Assembly (NCBI GenBank): GCA_051599415.1
Contig: AP039690.1
Span: 434,001-498,000 of the forward strand
DNA: 64,000 bases
Origin: Savitreella phatthalungensis
Lineage: Eukaryota
Direction: 5' to 3'
Below, one piece after another: positions 43,304 to 53,766 of the stretch. Below the pieces are notes generated by a model that saw nothing but the letters and a program-made list of their open reading frames with translations, did no database searches and had not been told where the DNA came from. Each line of letters opens with the position of its first letter. Position 1 is the first letter of the stretch. A program made the translations under genes and the position numbers.

Positions 43304-46300
43304 TCAGCGAGCGGCAACGCGCCTCCGGTACACAGCAGCGAAATCTGCCAGGACGGCTCTGGCCTTTCTGGATTGAGCGTCTTGAATCGCATCGTAGATC
43401 TGCTGGACGAGCTTTTGAGCTTCGTTTGAGCCGACAGTGGCTGGGTCCAGGGAGATCCAGATGTCCGCAGGCTCCAACTCGTGATCCTGTGGGGTCTTGT
43501 GACCGTTGGTCTCAGCTGAAGCGGCGGTTGGCCGCTGGGTCAGGGGCACGAGTGCCGGTGCGCATGCTTGCTGAGCTGTGGATTCGACTGGTCCGGCTGT
43601 GAGGGCTGCGAGGATGGCCTGGAGGATGGTGTTGCGGTGAGCTGGATCAGAGAGGCCTTCTAACAGAGCGACAACGACTGCGGAAGCATCGCCAGTTGCG
43701 TCTCGAGGGTACTCGTGTGCAAGTCCAATGACGAGCATGCGTGTTAGAACATGGGACGCTCTGACGATTGCTACAGCGAGATGATGTTTGACCTCTGGTG
43801 TGATTGATTGTCCTGACGTGGGGGGCGTGGCGCCAAGCCATCCGGTGAGATCACGCAGGAAGTGGAGGACGGTCTGGAGCGCATCTGCCTGTCTGACCTT
43901 GAGCGCGATCAGGCTGACGATAAGGACCGTGTCGAGGAAGCTGGTAGATGCTGGTGTGCTCTGAGATTCTGGTGCAAGGAAGCGCTGAGGATTAGCCAGG
44001 AGAGCATCAATCAGGAGTCTGAAGAAATCTTCGATGACGTCCGGCATCGCTTGTGGATTGCCGTGACGGGCTTCTAGAAGTGCAAAGAGCGCCGTCGACT
44101 GCCGCCCAACAAATGCCCAGACCGCATCGACTGTCGGAGGTGGGTTGTACTCTGGATCCGCAAATTGTCGAACACACGCGCCAGATACCCAAAGGAAACA
44201 GCCGTAATGAAGCCTATCGAATTCTGCTGCCAGTTTGTCCGCGAATAGCGGGAGTAGACCCAGAGCGTGCTGGCGGTATGATTGTAGCTGCGTCTTGATG
44301 CAGGAGCAGATTCGCTCGGAGATGAAGGACAAATGGCCATAGGTGTCGAGCGTTCGAGACAATGTTGGCCAGAGTTCTTCGAAGACGCGGACACAGGGAT
44401 GTGACGGAGCTTGTCGCGCGTCCACATATGCGTTCGCGGTGAATGCGAAGACGGTGCACAGCTCGATGTGGTCTGCAAGCTTTCGCGTCTCTGCCTCGTC
44501 TGTGGTGGGTGTCTCGCAACGAGCAGCGATCCGGTCGCCGATCGGCTTGACAAAGGCTGATAGAGCGGCGTATTGCTTCTCGAGTGGAAGTGCGGCGACG
44601 ACGTGGCCGATGCCCTCTGTTACCTCGACTGCAGACTCAAAGTCCAGAGATGGTTGAGCTTGTGCGTAAAAGCCGTAGAGCTGCTCGATGTGGTCGATAA
44701 GAAGTTTTGAACAATCCCTGCAGAAATGCTTGAGCGCTTGTGCTGCGGCGCTTGTCACGTCGTCCGCATCTTTGCTGGTATTCTGGGCGGTTGAGAAACC
44801 TGAGGTGATGTAGTTGAGCTGAGGGAGAAGGTAATCCTGGTGTTGGGCTGTCCACTCTGTGTATCGGCCCAGGACGAGGGTAGCAGCGTAACGGATCTTC
44901 GGATGCTCTGGCAGATTCAACAACATATTCATGATATGTGGTAGGACCTGATCTTCATCTAGAGAGATCTCCCTAGCCATGGCTCGCATACTGAACAGGA
45001 CAGCCTCGATGTCTTGCCACCTGACCGCCTGTGTCTTGCCTTTTTCCAACAGCTCACTAACCCGGTTGTATGCACGAGTGAGGCATTCGCGTCCACCGAC
45101 GACGACACAGCTGTCCTTCAAGACATCACCCATGTCATGTCGGAACGACCGGAATTTGTCCTCGGCCTCGCGATCTCCGTCAAAGAGGTCTGACTCGTCT
45201 GCTGCATCTGTCGGGTAGTGGAGGTGGTTGATCATGGCGTCAACGAGGGAGATGTAGACTGGTGTGAAGAGCTGCTTGGCTTCTGCGTGCTTTGGAGCTT
45301 CGAGGGATTGACGGAGATGGTACCAGAAGTTGAAGGTAAATTTGACAACTTCGAGGTCTTCGTCGATAGCCGTGGTGTCAGCAATGGCTTGAACGAGGGG
45401 CGCAAAGTGCTGAGGCATTCTAGCGATCAGGATGACCCAGGCTTCGCCTGCTTCGCTGAGGACGCGCGCATAGCCTCGGAACGCATCTGGGTCGGATTTG
45501 GTGGCTAGAAGACGCGGATGCAAGGCCATGACACGTGGAAAGAGAATCTCGACGATTTGTGCGTTTAATGCCTCGTTCACCTCGCTCGTTTCCCGGAGCA
45601 TCGTACTCACGAGATCAACAGCTGCCTCGAATGTATCACTGTCGTCACTCGCGCCTTCACTCGCCAAGGTACCGAACGCGAGGTCAACGAATCGAGAGGC
45701 TGCGACTTGCTGGAGTGGAATCTCGCGCAGCCACGACTGTAGACATGTGCATAGGGCCGCTGTACCTGTTGACGATGTCCGGTTCGCATACTCGCCGAGC
45801 ATATGCAGTACGTTCTGACCGTTCTTTTCGAGGAGCGTGCGTATCCGATCCTGGAGCTCTTGCTCGCTAAGGAGGGTCCTGCGTGACTCGTTCACTTCCT
45901 CCGGCAGGATTGTGAGGAACGAAAGAAGTGTCTCCCAGGCTGACACGCCTGCAGATGAGGCATCACCTACGAGCATCCGTGATACATCCGAGACTGGATC
46001 TGCCCAATCGGACATGTGGAGTGCTAGTGTGGCGAGAGCGACACAAAGCTGTGTCCGCAGTGCTTTTGGCGCAGTTGCGTAGGTTGTGAGCATCTGCAAT
46101 AGGGAGTCGCGCAATGGAGCCATGGATTCACGAGGAAGTTGATGGACATCGAGCTGGAGCTTTCGACGAAGTGTCTGTGCTGCAAATAACCGCGCTTCTT
46201 GTGTTGCGGATGGATCTGATTCTGGCGCAGCAAGGATGGCATGTGTTGCTTGCCATGCGTCGACGGACTTTTGGAACTTCTCTAGGTATTCATTGGCGCG

Positions 46301-46384
46301 GTCGCGTGTAGCTCTGTCTGTTGCCGTGTATAGAGCGTTCAGTGCTCCGAGAAGCTCACTATACTGCGCGAGAGCGGCCGACAT
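43304..46384 (-). CDS. MTR10: Karyopherin-beta Mtr10/transportin-SR
   Basis: ANEYLEKFQKS, FAAQTLRRK, TFNFWY, FRSFRHDMGDVLKD, KIRYAATLVLGRYTEW and PDVIEDFFRL. Confidence 0.93.
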   Translation of the reverse strand: MSAALAQYSELLGALNALYTATDRATRDRANEYLEKFQKSVDAWQATHAILAAPESDPSATQEARLFAAQTLRRKLQLDVHQLPRESMAPLRDSLLQMLTTYATAPKALRTQLCVALATLALHMSDWADPVSDVSRMLVGDASSAGVSAWETLLSFLTILPEEVNESRRTLLSEQELQDRIRTLLEKNGQNVLHMLGEYANRTSSTGTAALCTCLQSWLREIPLQQVAASRFVDLAFGTLASEGASDDSDTFEAAVDLVSTMLRETSEVNEALNAQIVEILFPRVMALHPRLLATKSDPDAFRGYARVLSEAGEAWVILIARMPQHFAPLVQAIADTTAIDEDLEVVKFTFNFWYHLRQSLEAPKHAEAKQLFTPVYISLVDAMINHLHYPTDAADESDLFDGDREAEDKFRSFRHDMGDVLKDSCVVVGGRECLTRAYNRVSELLEKGKTQAVRWQDIEAVLFSMRAMAREISLDEDQVLPHIMNMLLNLPEHPKIRYAATLVLGRYTEWTAQHQDYLLPQLNYITSGFSTAQNTSKDADDVTSAAAQALKHFCRDCSKLLIDHIEQLYGFYAQAQPSLDFESAVEVTEGIGHVVAALPLEKQYAALSAFVKPIGDRIAARCETPTTDEAETRKLADHIELCTVFAFTANAYVDARQAPSHPCVRVFEELWPTLSRTLDTYGHLSFISERICSCIKTQLQSYRQHALGLLPLFADKLAAEFDRLHYGCFLWVSGACVRQFADPEYNPPPTVDAVWAFVGRQSTALFALLEARHGNPQAMPDVIEDFFRLLIDALLANPQRFLAPESQSTPASTSFLDTVLIVSLIALKVRQADALQTVLHFLRDLTGWLGATPPTSGQSITPEVKHHLAVAIVRASHVLTRMLVIGLAHEYPRDATGDASAVVVALLEGLSDPAHRNTILQAILAALTAGPVESTAQQACAPALVPLTQRPTAASAETNGHKTPQDHELEPADIWISLDPATVGSNEAQKLVQQIYDAIQDAQSRKARAVLADFAAVYRRRVAAR

Positions 46385-46910
46385 TACGGTGTAGAGATTG
46401 GTATAACGTCACGCTCGTATCCTTGATGAGACTTCAAACGACAGACGAGAAGTCAAGCGTGCGGCAGATACGCCTTTAGAAGGTTGAAGATGACTGTAAA
46501 GGTCTTGAGAGATGTCCCTATTGACTGTCCTTGAGAGGTTGTGTGGGTGCGCGTGTAGGAGAATTGTTGAAGCTGTAAATATCTTTTTGTTCACAAGTCT
46601 CGAAAGGATAAAAGAATCTGTGCATCAATCGTGTCGAATGGCAAAGTGGTTTAAATCTGTGCACATGTTTGTGAGTGATGAGAATAGGTGATGCATAGAT
46701 GCACAGATGCACAGGACAAGTCATCCATCCCCCACTGCGAGATCGTCTGTTCATGACTCTGTAGTCGAAACCTGTAGTTTGCTCGTCTACCTCGTAACAG
46801 CGAATCAGACTTTTGGACGACATATCTCCATTGTGTCTACGGCGGTACTAGGCATCGAAGTCTGAACGCGTCGAACGATCAGTTGTTCAGACAGCTGGAT
46901 CTTTCTTTTT

Positions 46911-47718
46911 TTAAGCAGTCTTTCCGTTGATTCCGAGGAGGTGAACGTCAAAGTTGAGGTTGCTCTTCGCTAGAGAACGTTGTCAGTCACTTGTTCCTTT
47001 GAGGAGGATAGAAGAATCTCAAAGACTTTCGGACTTACGTGGAATGAGACCTGGGAAGCCACGGTCACCGTAGGCGTACTGCCAAGGGATTGACAGGGTT
47101 GCCTTCTCGTTCAGAGACATCTGGGGGATCAGGACGTCCCAGCCCTTGATGAGCTGTCCGACGCCGATGGTTGCCTGGAATGGCTGTCCACGGTCGACTG
47201 AGCTGTCAAACTTCTTGCCGCTGTCCAGTGTGCCAGTGTAGTGCTAGTGGAGAAAGGTCAGTCGATGTTCTGCCACTCCGGGAGAAGAAAGGAAACAGAG
47301 GAGAAAGAGGGACAGGAAGAGGAAGACTGCATGGATGTGGATGGATGATCTGCATGTGAAGGTACTTGTGCATGCATGCATGTGCATGTACATACCTCTC
47401 CGTACTTTCCTGTGCATATGCATACGTATGTGCATGAGTGCATGTACATGTGCATGGACATGTGCATAAGTGTGGTATGTCTTGTCTCTTGTTCTGCCAC
47501 CTCTTGATCTCTTGGGCTCATTAGATCAGACTTACAATGGTGACTTTATCTCCTGGCTTTGGGAAGTCAGAGCCGTTGCCCTGCTGGGTCACTTTCTTGG
47601 TTGGTTCGCTCATGTTGAGGGTGGATGCTGAGAAGAGGCGTGTAGATTGGATTGGATGCGATAGAGATCCGCTTCTAAGTGCTGAGGAGATGAGCGTGGA
47701 TGTTCGTAATCTATTCAT
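46911..47718 (-). CDS. FPR1: FKBP12-type peptidyl-prolyl isomerase with an optional N-terminal presequence; 3 exons: 47718-47536, 47243-47039, 46969-46911
   Basis: Spliced product ...MSEPTKKVTQQGNGSDFPKPGDKVTI/HYTGTLDSGKKFDSSVDRGQPF..IGVGQLIKGWD...AYGDRGFPGLIP/PKSNLNFDVHLLGIN; both donors are GTAAGT. Confidence 0.93.
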
Positions 47719-48081
47719 CGACCTTCCTGGAGACGAGTTGGAGGTGACGTTGGGGGGTTGGTGACGCTAATTGCACGAATAAGAAACTCCACTCAAATTG
47801 ATTCAAGTTGACTTGATTGGATTCCAGTGGAGTCATGTTTGGAGAAGTGATTGATACACGTGATCAGATCACAGCAGTGTGGCGCACCCATCAACACGGT
47901 CCAAGTCTCGAGTTCCAGTTGACCCAAGACCGCATACCGGTCAGTATATATCGGTAAGTTTGCCTCTATCTATGTACATATGTATGTTTGTACGTTTACA
48001 AGTGTGTACATCAGGACGTCCGTTTGCGTTGATACGTAGTCCCCATATTCGTCCCTCCTGTTTACAGGAATATTACCGCCG

Positions 48082-49704
48082 TCACCGAGCTGAATGGGTA
48101 ATCTCCAACGACCCAAAGACTTCATCAAAATGACTCTTCAGATCTGAACAGACATCAGCCCTGTCTTCCAATCTGCAACCCTCCTCGAGGATGACCTCCC
48201 ATACTTGTCTCTCCATATCGTACCCAAAATTCTCAATGGTCGTCTCTAGCGGACCCCACATACGGGTGTGATTGCCATCTTTTGTCTTGACTGTCGAACC
48301 TTCCTCTGAAAGTATGCTTGCCGGGTCTAACTTGTGCATGTTCTGGTGGACAAACAGTGGCTTTGGTTTGATCGGTACCTCGCCGAGCATCACGTCTGTG
48401 AGTTGCCAGAGATCGGCAGGGGGGATGTCGTTGATGGACGGAGCGATGTAGAGGTAATCAGCACGGGGATCCATCTGCATCAGCGCGCTCAAACGGAACT
48501 CGGTTTGTTCGAAGAATCCGGCCATGCCTACGCCACTCTTGACTTGGTACCAAGGGGCGTTGACCGCCATGGCCGCAGGGACAAATGTCTCTTTGTCGCC
48601 GGCTCCGTGGGATCCTTGGCACAGCAGCGGGTAATAGTAGTCGGGGCCGTAGTAGTTGTAGAACATCATCATCAACAACGACTCGCGATGCTTTTCCTTG
48701 TCAAGTAAGATGACGCCGCTCTCTGTCGAATATCGAGAAGAGCGGGATTCGTAGGGTATTCCGGCGATATGGTAGTAATGTTCTGATATCGTTATAGCCC
48801 AGAGATCGGGCCAGAGGACAAGCCCATGTGTCGAATAAGGTGCTGTCGTAAAGAGATCCGTTGGGTCGCGGACTGGGAAAGCGTCGCTATCAAGAAATAG
48901 GACGTGTTGAAAGGACGAAAACATCATGGCGAATAATTTGAACTGGTAGCTAGTTGGCTCCTGCGCATTTGGGGCTGCGTCGAAAAGCTCCGATAAAACT
49001 ACGCATGCTGCATTCATAGAAGGAAGGATAGACTCGCATACGACTGGATCATATTTAGACCAGTTGTCGATGAGCACTTCGACAGGAAGGTTGCAGCCGG
49101 TCTTTCGTAGCATCCGGAGAGAAACCAGGAAGATTGGTATGTACTTCGCATTGGCTGTAGTGACAATTCCTTTCGCTCCTTCAGAGAAGGTAAGGCGTTG
49201 CGCAAGATGCCTTGAGGCGACACGCATCTGATAATGCGACTTAAACAAAACGCGTTCCTGATCATCTGTGAAGTTGATCAACCTCGAGGGTGGTGTCCTG
49301 CTGATGTTCAGAGGCTGGAAACTTGTCTCCTCGTCGGGAGGATGGCCATCCTGTACCTCGATTGGGCCACACTCAGGGCGTGCGTCTTCGAGCGCAGTGG
49401 CTAAGTCACGCCAGAAATCCTTCAGTTGAGAGCTGAAAGTTGACTTCATCTCGGTAATATTCTTCGCTGAGATAGGCGCAGCGTCGGTAGTGGGCCGTCC
49501 AGCGGTAGACGACTCTGTGTTTAGTGTCGTAGTAGTGGTCGTCTCTGTGAAAATATGATCATGAGTGATGGCGCCATAGTCCTGTAGAGGTCTAAAGTGA
49601 GCGGTAATGTCGCCGACATGACCACGTAGCTGCACAAAAGTGAAATAGATGATGAGCACGACAAATAGCACACGCAGTACAAAGGAGGTAATCGAAGTCC
49701 GCAT
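48082..49704 (-). CDS. Golgi alpha-1,2-mannosyltransferase, MNN2/MNN5 family (GT71)
   Basis: N-terminal type II TM segment, SLRMLRKTGCNLPVEV, SSFQHVLFLDSD (DxD), LWPDLW, ESG and GAGDKETF; ATG at 49704. Confidence 0.9.
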   Translation of the reverse strand: MRTSITSFVLRVLFVVLIIYFTFVQLRGHVGDITAHFRPLQDYGAITHDHIFTETTTTTTLNTESSTAGRPTTDAAPISAKNITEMKSTFSSQLKDFWRDLATALEDARPECGPIEVQDGHPPDEETSFQPLNISRTPPSRLINFTDDQERVLFKSHYQMRVASRHLAQRLTFSEGAKGIVTTANAKYIPIFLVSLRMLRKTGCNLPVEVLIDNWSKYDPVVCESILPSMNAACVVLSELFDAAPNAQEPTSYQFKLFAMMFSSFQHVLFLDSDAFPVRDPTDLFTTAPYSTHGLVLWPDLWAITISEHYYHIAGIPYESRSSRYSTESGVILLDKEKHRESLLMMMFYNYYGPDYYYPLLCQGSHGAGDKETFVPAAMAVNAPWYQVKSGVGMAGFFEQTEFRLSALMQMDPRADYLYIAPSINDIPPADLWQLTDVMLGEVPIKPKPLFVHQNMHKLDPASILSEEGSTVKTKDGNHTRMWGPLETTIENFGYDMERQVWEVILEEGCRLEDRADVCSDLKSHFDEVFGSLEITHSAR

Positions 49705-50534
49705 GATTGCAGAATCCTGCCTTCTGAAGTCCCCGACTAGCGCCGAGCTCGCTCGAGATCTGGTGTTTGTGACAGACCGTGAAGCGCGTGATATCCGCTC
49801 GGTCTGTGAGCTCAAGGCTTACCTACTGATGCGGTGGGGGGAGGTTGCGCTAGTGAGTGCGCGGCTGAACGATAGTGAACCTGTGAAAGAGAGTGCAGAG
49901 GACTTGAACATTGGTATTTGTGTTGCGGTTGAACCCATGTTACTGGTTCGGCGTGTGATATCGTATGGGTCCCCCTTGAACGCGGCAACAGGGTCTGCCG
50001 TTTGTGCGTGTCAGACAGCCGGATAATCCTCTGTGTCCCGTTAGCTGTCAAATCCTGTCCGCTGGAGATCAGCACAACACCTTACAACAAAGGGCGATCG
50101 ATTACATGTGGACGCAAAAGGGCAATTGAAAAAGTGATCAGTAAAATTGCAAAATTGACTTTAATTGAAAGTTGTATTGAAGATGCACAGATTCAGATTG
50201 GATTTGGTGGCAACTACACTACTATTCCTGTATCCTACATCCTACTAATGTTCCTTGCTTCGACTTCGAAGGGGCAGAAACAGTCGAAGATGCTTCAAAT
50301 GATAGGACCCTCCGATGTTCCTCCAAGGCTTCAACAAGTGCTTCAAAAAGTGTTGTCGAGCCAGATTTATGCATTCATTTTTGCAGTTTGTGCTCTCAAA
50401 GCAGCGTTTGCTCTATTGGCATGAGCCCATCCATAGCAAACTGCCGGCACATTGCTTCACAGTCGCTGAGAGTGTCCTGCTACCACGTGAACCATCACCA
50501 CTTCTGGGCTGCGTGCCCGGCCTGCACTAAAATC

Positions 50535-50552
50535 ATATATATATATATATAT
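50535..50552. repeat. (AT)n microsatellite
   Basis: Run of atatatatatatatatat. Confidence 0.85.
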
Positions 50553-50937
50553 AGCTATATAGGATGAGTTATTTGAGTTGAAACATGAGACTTGAGACTT
50601 GAGAATTCGATCGAGCTGTAGCCACATCACATCTTTGAGATCGCTTGATGTGGCTGGTAGTTCACGTGCTCAGCAATGACACGACCTGTTCACGTGTCTC
50701 CACTGTATTCACTCGCGCATGTGTTCATCACCAACACAGATCCTTAGATCGTTACTTCTCCGTGTACTTACATCTACGGCTTCGCTTGCGGCTGCTGCGC
50801 CATAGATTTCCTGCTCCCTTGTCACTCACGCCTCCATTATCCTTTTCCTAGCTCTTCTCTTCCTTCTCATCGAAGTCACTGATACAACAACCACGCGTCT
50901 CGGCTTCTGCAAGTAGTCACAATTTCTGTCACCCGCG

Positions 50938-52011
50938 ATGGCCTGGACGCCCGTCAACACGGGTCACGAAGATCTCGTGACAGATCTCGCATACGATTAC
51001 TATGGCCAGCGTGTAGTGACTTGCTCTGCAGATCGGACGTTGCGCGTGTTCGACATCGCGCCTTCGTCAACTCGCTCTACCGAACCAGCATCAGAAGGCA
51101 CGCCGTCCCCGGGCACATGGACACTCTCGGCTTCTTGGAAATGCGCCGACGCACCGGTCCTCAGAGTCTCTTGGGCCTTTCCTGAGCACGGTCAGATTGT
51201 CGCATGCGCTTCCGCAGATCGGACTGTCCGGGTGTTTGAGGAGCAGGATCATGAGCCTGGATGTGCATCGCGGTGGGTGGAGAGAGCAAAGCTGACTGAC
51301 GCTCGTGGTGGTGTGCATGATCTGGCGTTTGCGCCTGCACATGCTGGCCTGCGGTTGGCGAGTGTGGCTGGGGATGGTGTGCTGCGGGTGTATGAGGCGC
51401 TTGAGCCTTCGAATTTGTCGAGGTGGACGCTGATGGAGGATGTCGGAGTGGTGGAGAAGCGTCCGCTGAGGGAGACAGAGGCCTCGTTTTGCCTTTCATG
51501 GTGTCCCTCACGGTTCTGTCGTCCAACGATCGCAGTCGGAGCCATGGACGCCGTCAAGCTGTACACGCAGGATTCCGCTGGCAAGTGGCGACCCGGACCC
51601 ATCCTCCCGCACGGCGGACTCGTCAGGGACGTCGAGTGGGCGCCGGCCGTAGGCAGAACGTATCACCTGCTCGCGACAGCCTGCAAGGACGGCCACGTCC
51701 GTGTATTCAAGCTCAAGGAGCAAGATTCCCATCCGCCTGAATCTGGCGACCATGCAGACGACACCCACACAACCCTCGACAACGACGACCACCACGACCA
51801 CGCAGACTCACACACCACCTGGCACGCCGACCTGATCGCAGACCACGACGATCACGGCGCTCAAGTCTGGCGCGTCTCCTTCAACGCCACAGGCACCGTT
51901 CTGTCGACTGCTGGTGACGATGCGAAAGTTCGGTTGTGGAAGTCGTCTTTGGGCGGTGAGATTCGATGTGTGAGTGTATGCTCGCTCCAGCAACCGCGTT
52001 CACGCGATTAG
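50938..52011 (+). CDS. SEH1: Nucleoporin Seh1 (WD40)
   Basis: GHEDLVTDLAYDYYGQR, WAFPEHGQ, FAPAHAGLRLA, YEALEP.NL..W, GRTYHLLATACKDG and VWRVSFNATGTVLSTAGDD. Confidence 0.94.
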   Translation: MAWTPVNTGHEDLVTDLAYDYYGQRVVTCSADRTLRVFDIAPSSTRSTEPASEGTPSPGTWTLSASWKCADAPVLRVSWAFPEHGQIVACASADRTVRVFEEQDHEPGCASRWVERAKLTDARGGVHDLAFAPAHAGLRLASVAGDGVLRVYEALEPSNLSRWTLMEDVGVVEKRPLRETEASFCLSWCPSRFCRPTIAVGAMDAVKLYTQDSAGKWRPGPILPHGGLVRDVEWAPAVGRTYHLLATACKDGHVRVFKLKEQDSHPPESGDHADDTHTTLDNDDHHDHADSHTTWHADLIADHDDHGAQVWRVSFNATGTVLSTAGDDAKVRLWKSSLGGEIRCVSVCSLQQPRSRD

Positions 52012-52017
52012 GCTACA

Positions 52018-53424
52018 TCACATATCCCACAGCCGGAACTCTTCACGCCGACCTACCACCACCCGGGACGGCGTCTCCATAACCCCAACTAAACCATCCT
52101 TCCGGCTCGATCCAGACACAGATCGACCCAGCAGATCCACTAATCGATTCACAGATCGCGCAGTCGGTGTCAGTGTTAAGTCCAGATCGTCGCGCCGGTT
52201 CCGTGGAGTTTCCGGCGTATTGTAATCGTTCGGCGTCGTTCGTTTCGGTGTCGGTCGTGATAGCGCTTGACGTAGGAGATCGTGCTGCCTTTGTGGCTGT
52301 CGCTTGATTGTGGTCGGTGGCGGTGGACGTGGTGATGGTTCGGTCTGGTTTGGTGTAACGGTGGTGGTGGGGGCGAGGGATGCGCGCAGGAGTGCGAGAT
52401 CAGGCACGATTTCTGCAGACCCAGAGTCCATTCTCGCACCGTGCTGTAAAGCCAGCAGCCACGACCGAATGCGCTCCGCCCACGATGTCCGCGTGACGTG
52501 GTACGTGATCGGCGTGGTCGTCGGCCGAAGGATCTTATCCACAGCTTTGTCTAAGGAGTTGATCTGCTCTGGCGGGTCTTGCAATGAGACACGTAGCTTC
52601 CTACACCGCTCAGTGATCTGCTCGACGTGTTGTAAGGGCGTGATGCTAGTGTCAACGTAGCTGGTGGTGCGGCGTGGGTTTGTAGGACCTGGTCGCCACG
52701 GCAGGCTCTCGAAGAAAGGATCTGTGGGTGTCGGCGGAGTGGAGATGAGGGACAGAACTCGTGTACTCGCGCCTGCGGTCCTTAGCCGTCGTAACTCCAT
52801 CTTTCCTCGGTCCTGCTCTGCACCAGCATCGATCGCGTGTTTCGGCAGTGGCGGAATAGTGGAATGTGCACGAAGCTCTTGCTCGAATGATCTATACTTC
52901 TGGATCACCCGCTGCCGCTGCTTCCTATACCGGTCCAGCCTCAGCTGAGCGATCGCGTACATGGCTCTGAGGTCGTCGTCCGACGTGGCGCTGTCGAGGA
53001 TGCGCTTCTCCAATGGCTGGGTGAGGGTCTGGACTGCGGTATGCAGGTACACGTGAGTGGCAAGGGCGAAGATAAGATCCTCGTAGCGCTCGCCTGCAGC
53101 ATCATCGAGGATGGACCTCCTGAGGATGCTGTTACCGAGGGCGTGGTCCTTCTTGAGCTGAGATAGCCATACAAATGCCTGTTGACGGAACTCCTTCGCC
53201 GCAACGCCGTCTCTGCAAGGAAAATGCTTGTCGAGCTTAGTACGGGCCTCTGCGGGGTCTAGTAGCCGCAGGAGCCCGTATATGGTGACTTCACACGCCT
53301 TCTTGTGATTCTCCAGCGCTGTGAATGTGCGTTGTGAGATTGTCACGCCATGTCTGTCAGCTGCCCAATCGGTGATCCCAAGGCATGAGAGCGTGAGTAC
53401 TGCGCTCTCGACTTGTGGTCTCAT
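52018..53424 (-). CDS. HAUS6: HAUS augmin-like complex subunit 6 (N-terminal domain)
   Basis: KKACEVTIYGLLRLLDP....KLDKHFP..D.....EFR..AF.WL..LKK....LRRSILDDAAGERYEDLIFALATHV resembles HAUS6_N; ATG at 53424. Confidence 0.75.
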   Translation of the reverse strand: MRPQVESAVLTLSCLGITDWAADRHGVTISQRTFTALENHKKACEVTIYGLLRLLDPAEARTKLDKHFPCRDGVAAKEFRQQAFVWLSQLKKDHALGNSILRRSILDDAAGERYEDLIFALATHVYLHTAVQTLTQPLEKRILDSATSDDDLRAMYAIAQLRLDRYRKQRQRVIQKYRSFEQELRAHSTIPPLPKHAIDAGAEQDRGKMELRRLRTAGASTRVLSLISTPPTPTDPFFESLPWRPGPTNPRRTTSYVDTSITPLQHVEQITERCRKLRVSLQDPPEQINSLDKAVDKILRPTTTPITYHVTRTSWAERIRSWLLALQHGARMDSGSAEIVPDLALLRASLAPTTTVTPNQTEPSPRPPPPTTIKRQPQRQHDLLRQALSRPTPKRTTPNDYNTPETPRNRRDDLDLTLTPTARSVNRLVDLLGRSVSGSSRKDGLVGVMETPSRVVVGRREEFRLWDM

Positions 53425-53766
53425 CCCCGACACCCAAGACGATGCAAAAAGCGCAAGGACATGATGTTCTATTTACTGATTTGCTGTCGTGCTTCTCTCC
53501 TGCTCCCTCTTGTGGTATCTATCACATGTCTGTTTGTGAGCTGTGTGCATTTTTCAATTGTGAATGAACGTGTTGCACGCGTGCTGGAACACAAATTTGA
53601 CCAGAAAAGTAAAGACGTGTCACCATCATCACTCGTGAAGCACATACGCTTTCTGTACAGGGCAACGTAAACCAATTTCCGGGTGGAGCTCGATGCAGGT
53701 CGTCTAGGACAAGTGTGCTAAGGTCACTCAGTCGAGGCTCTGGTTTGGGGTGGGGGTAGACACAAG

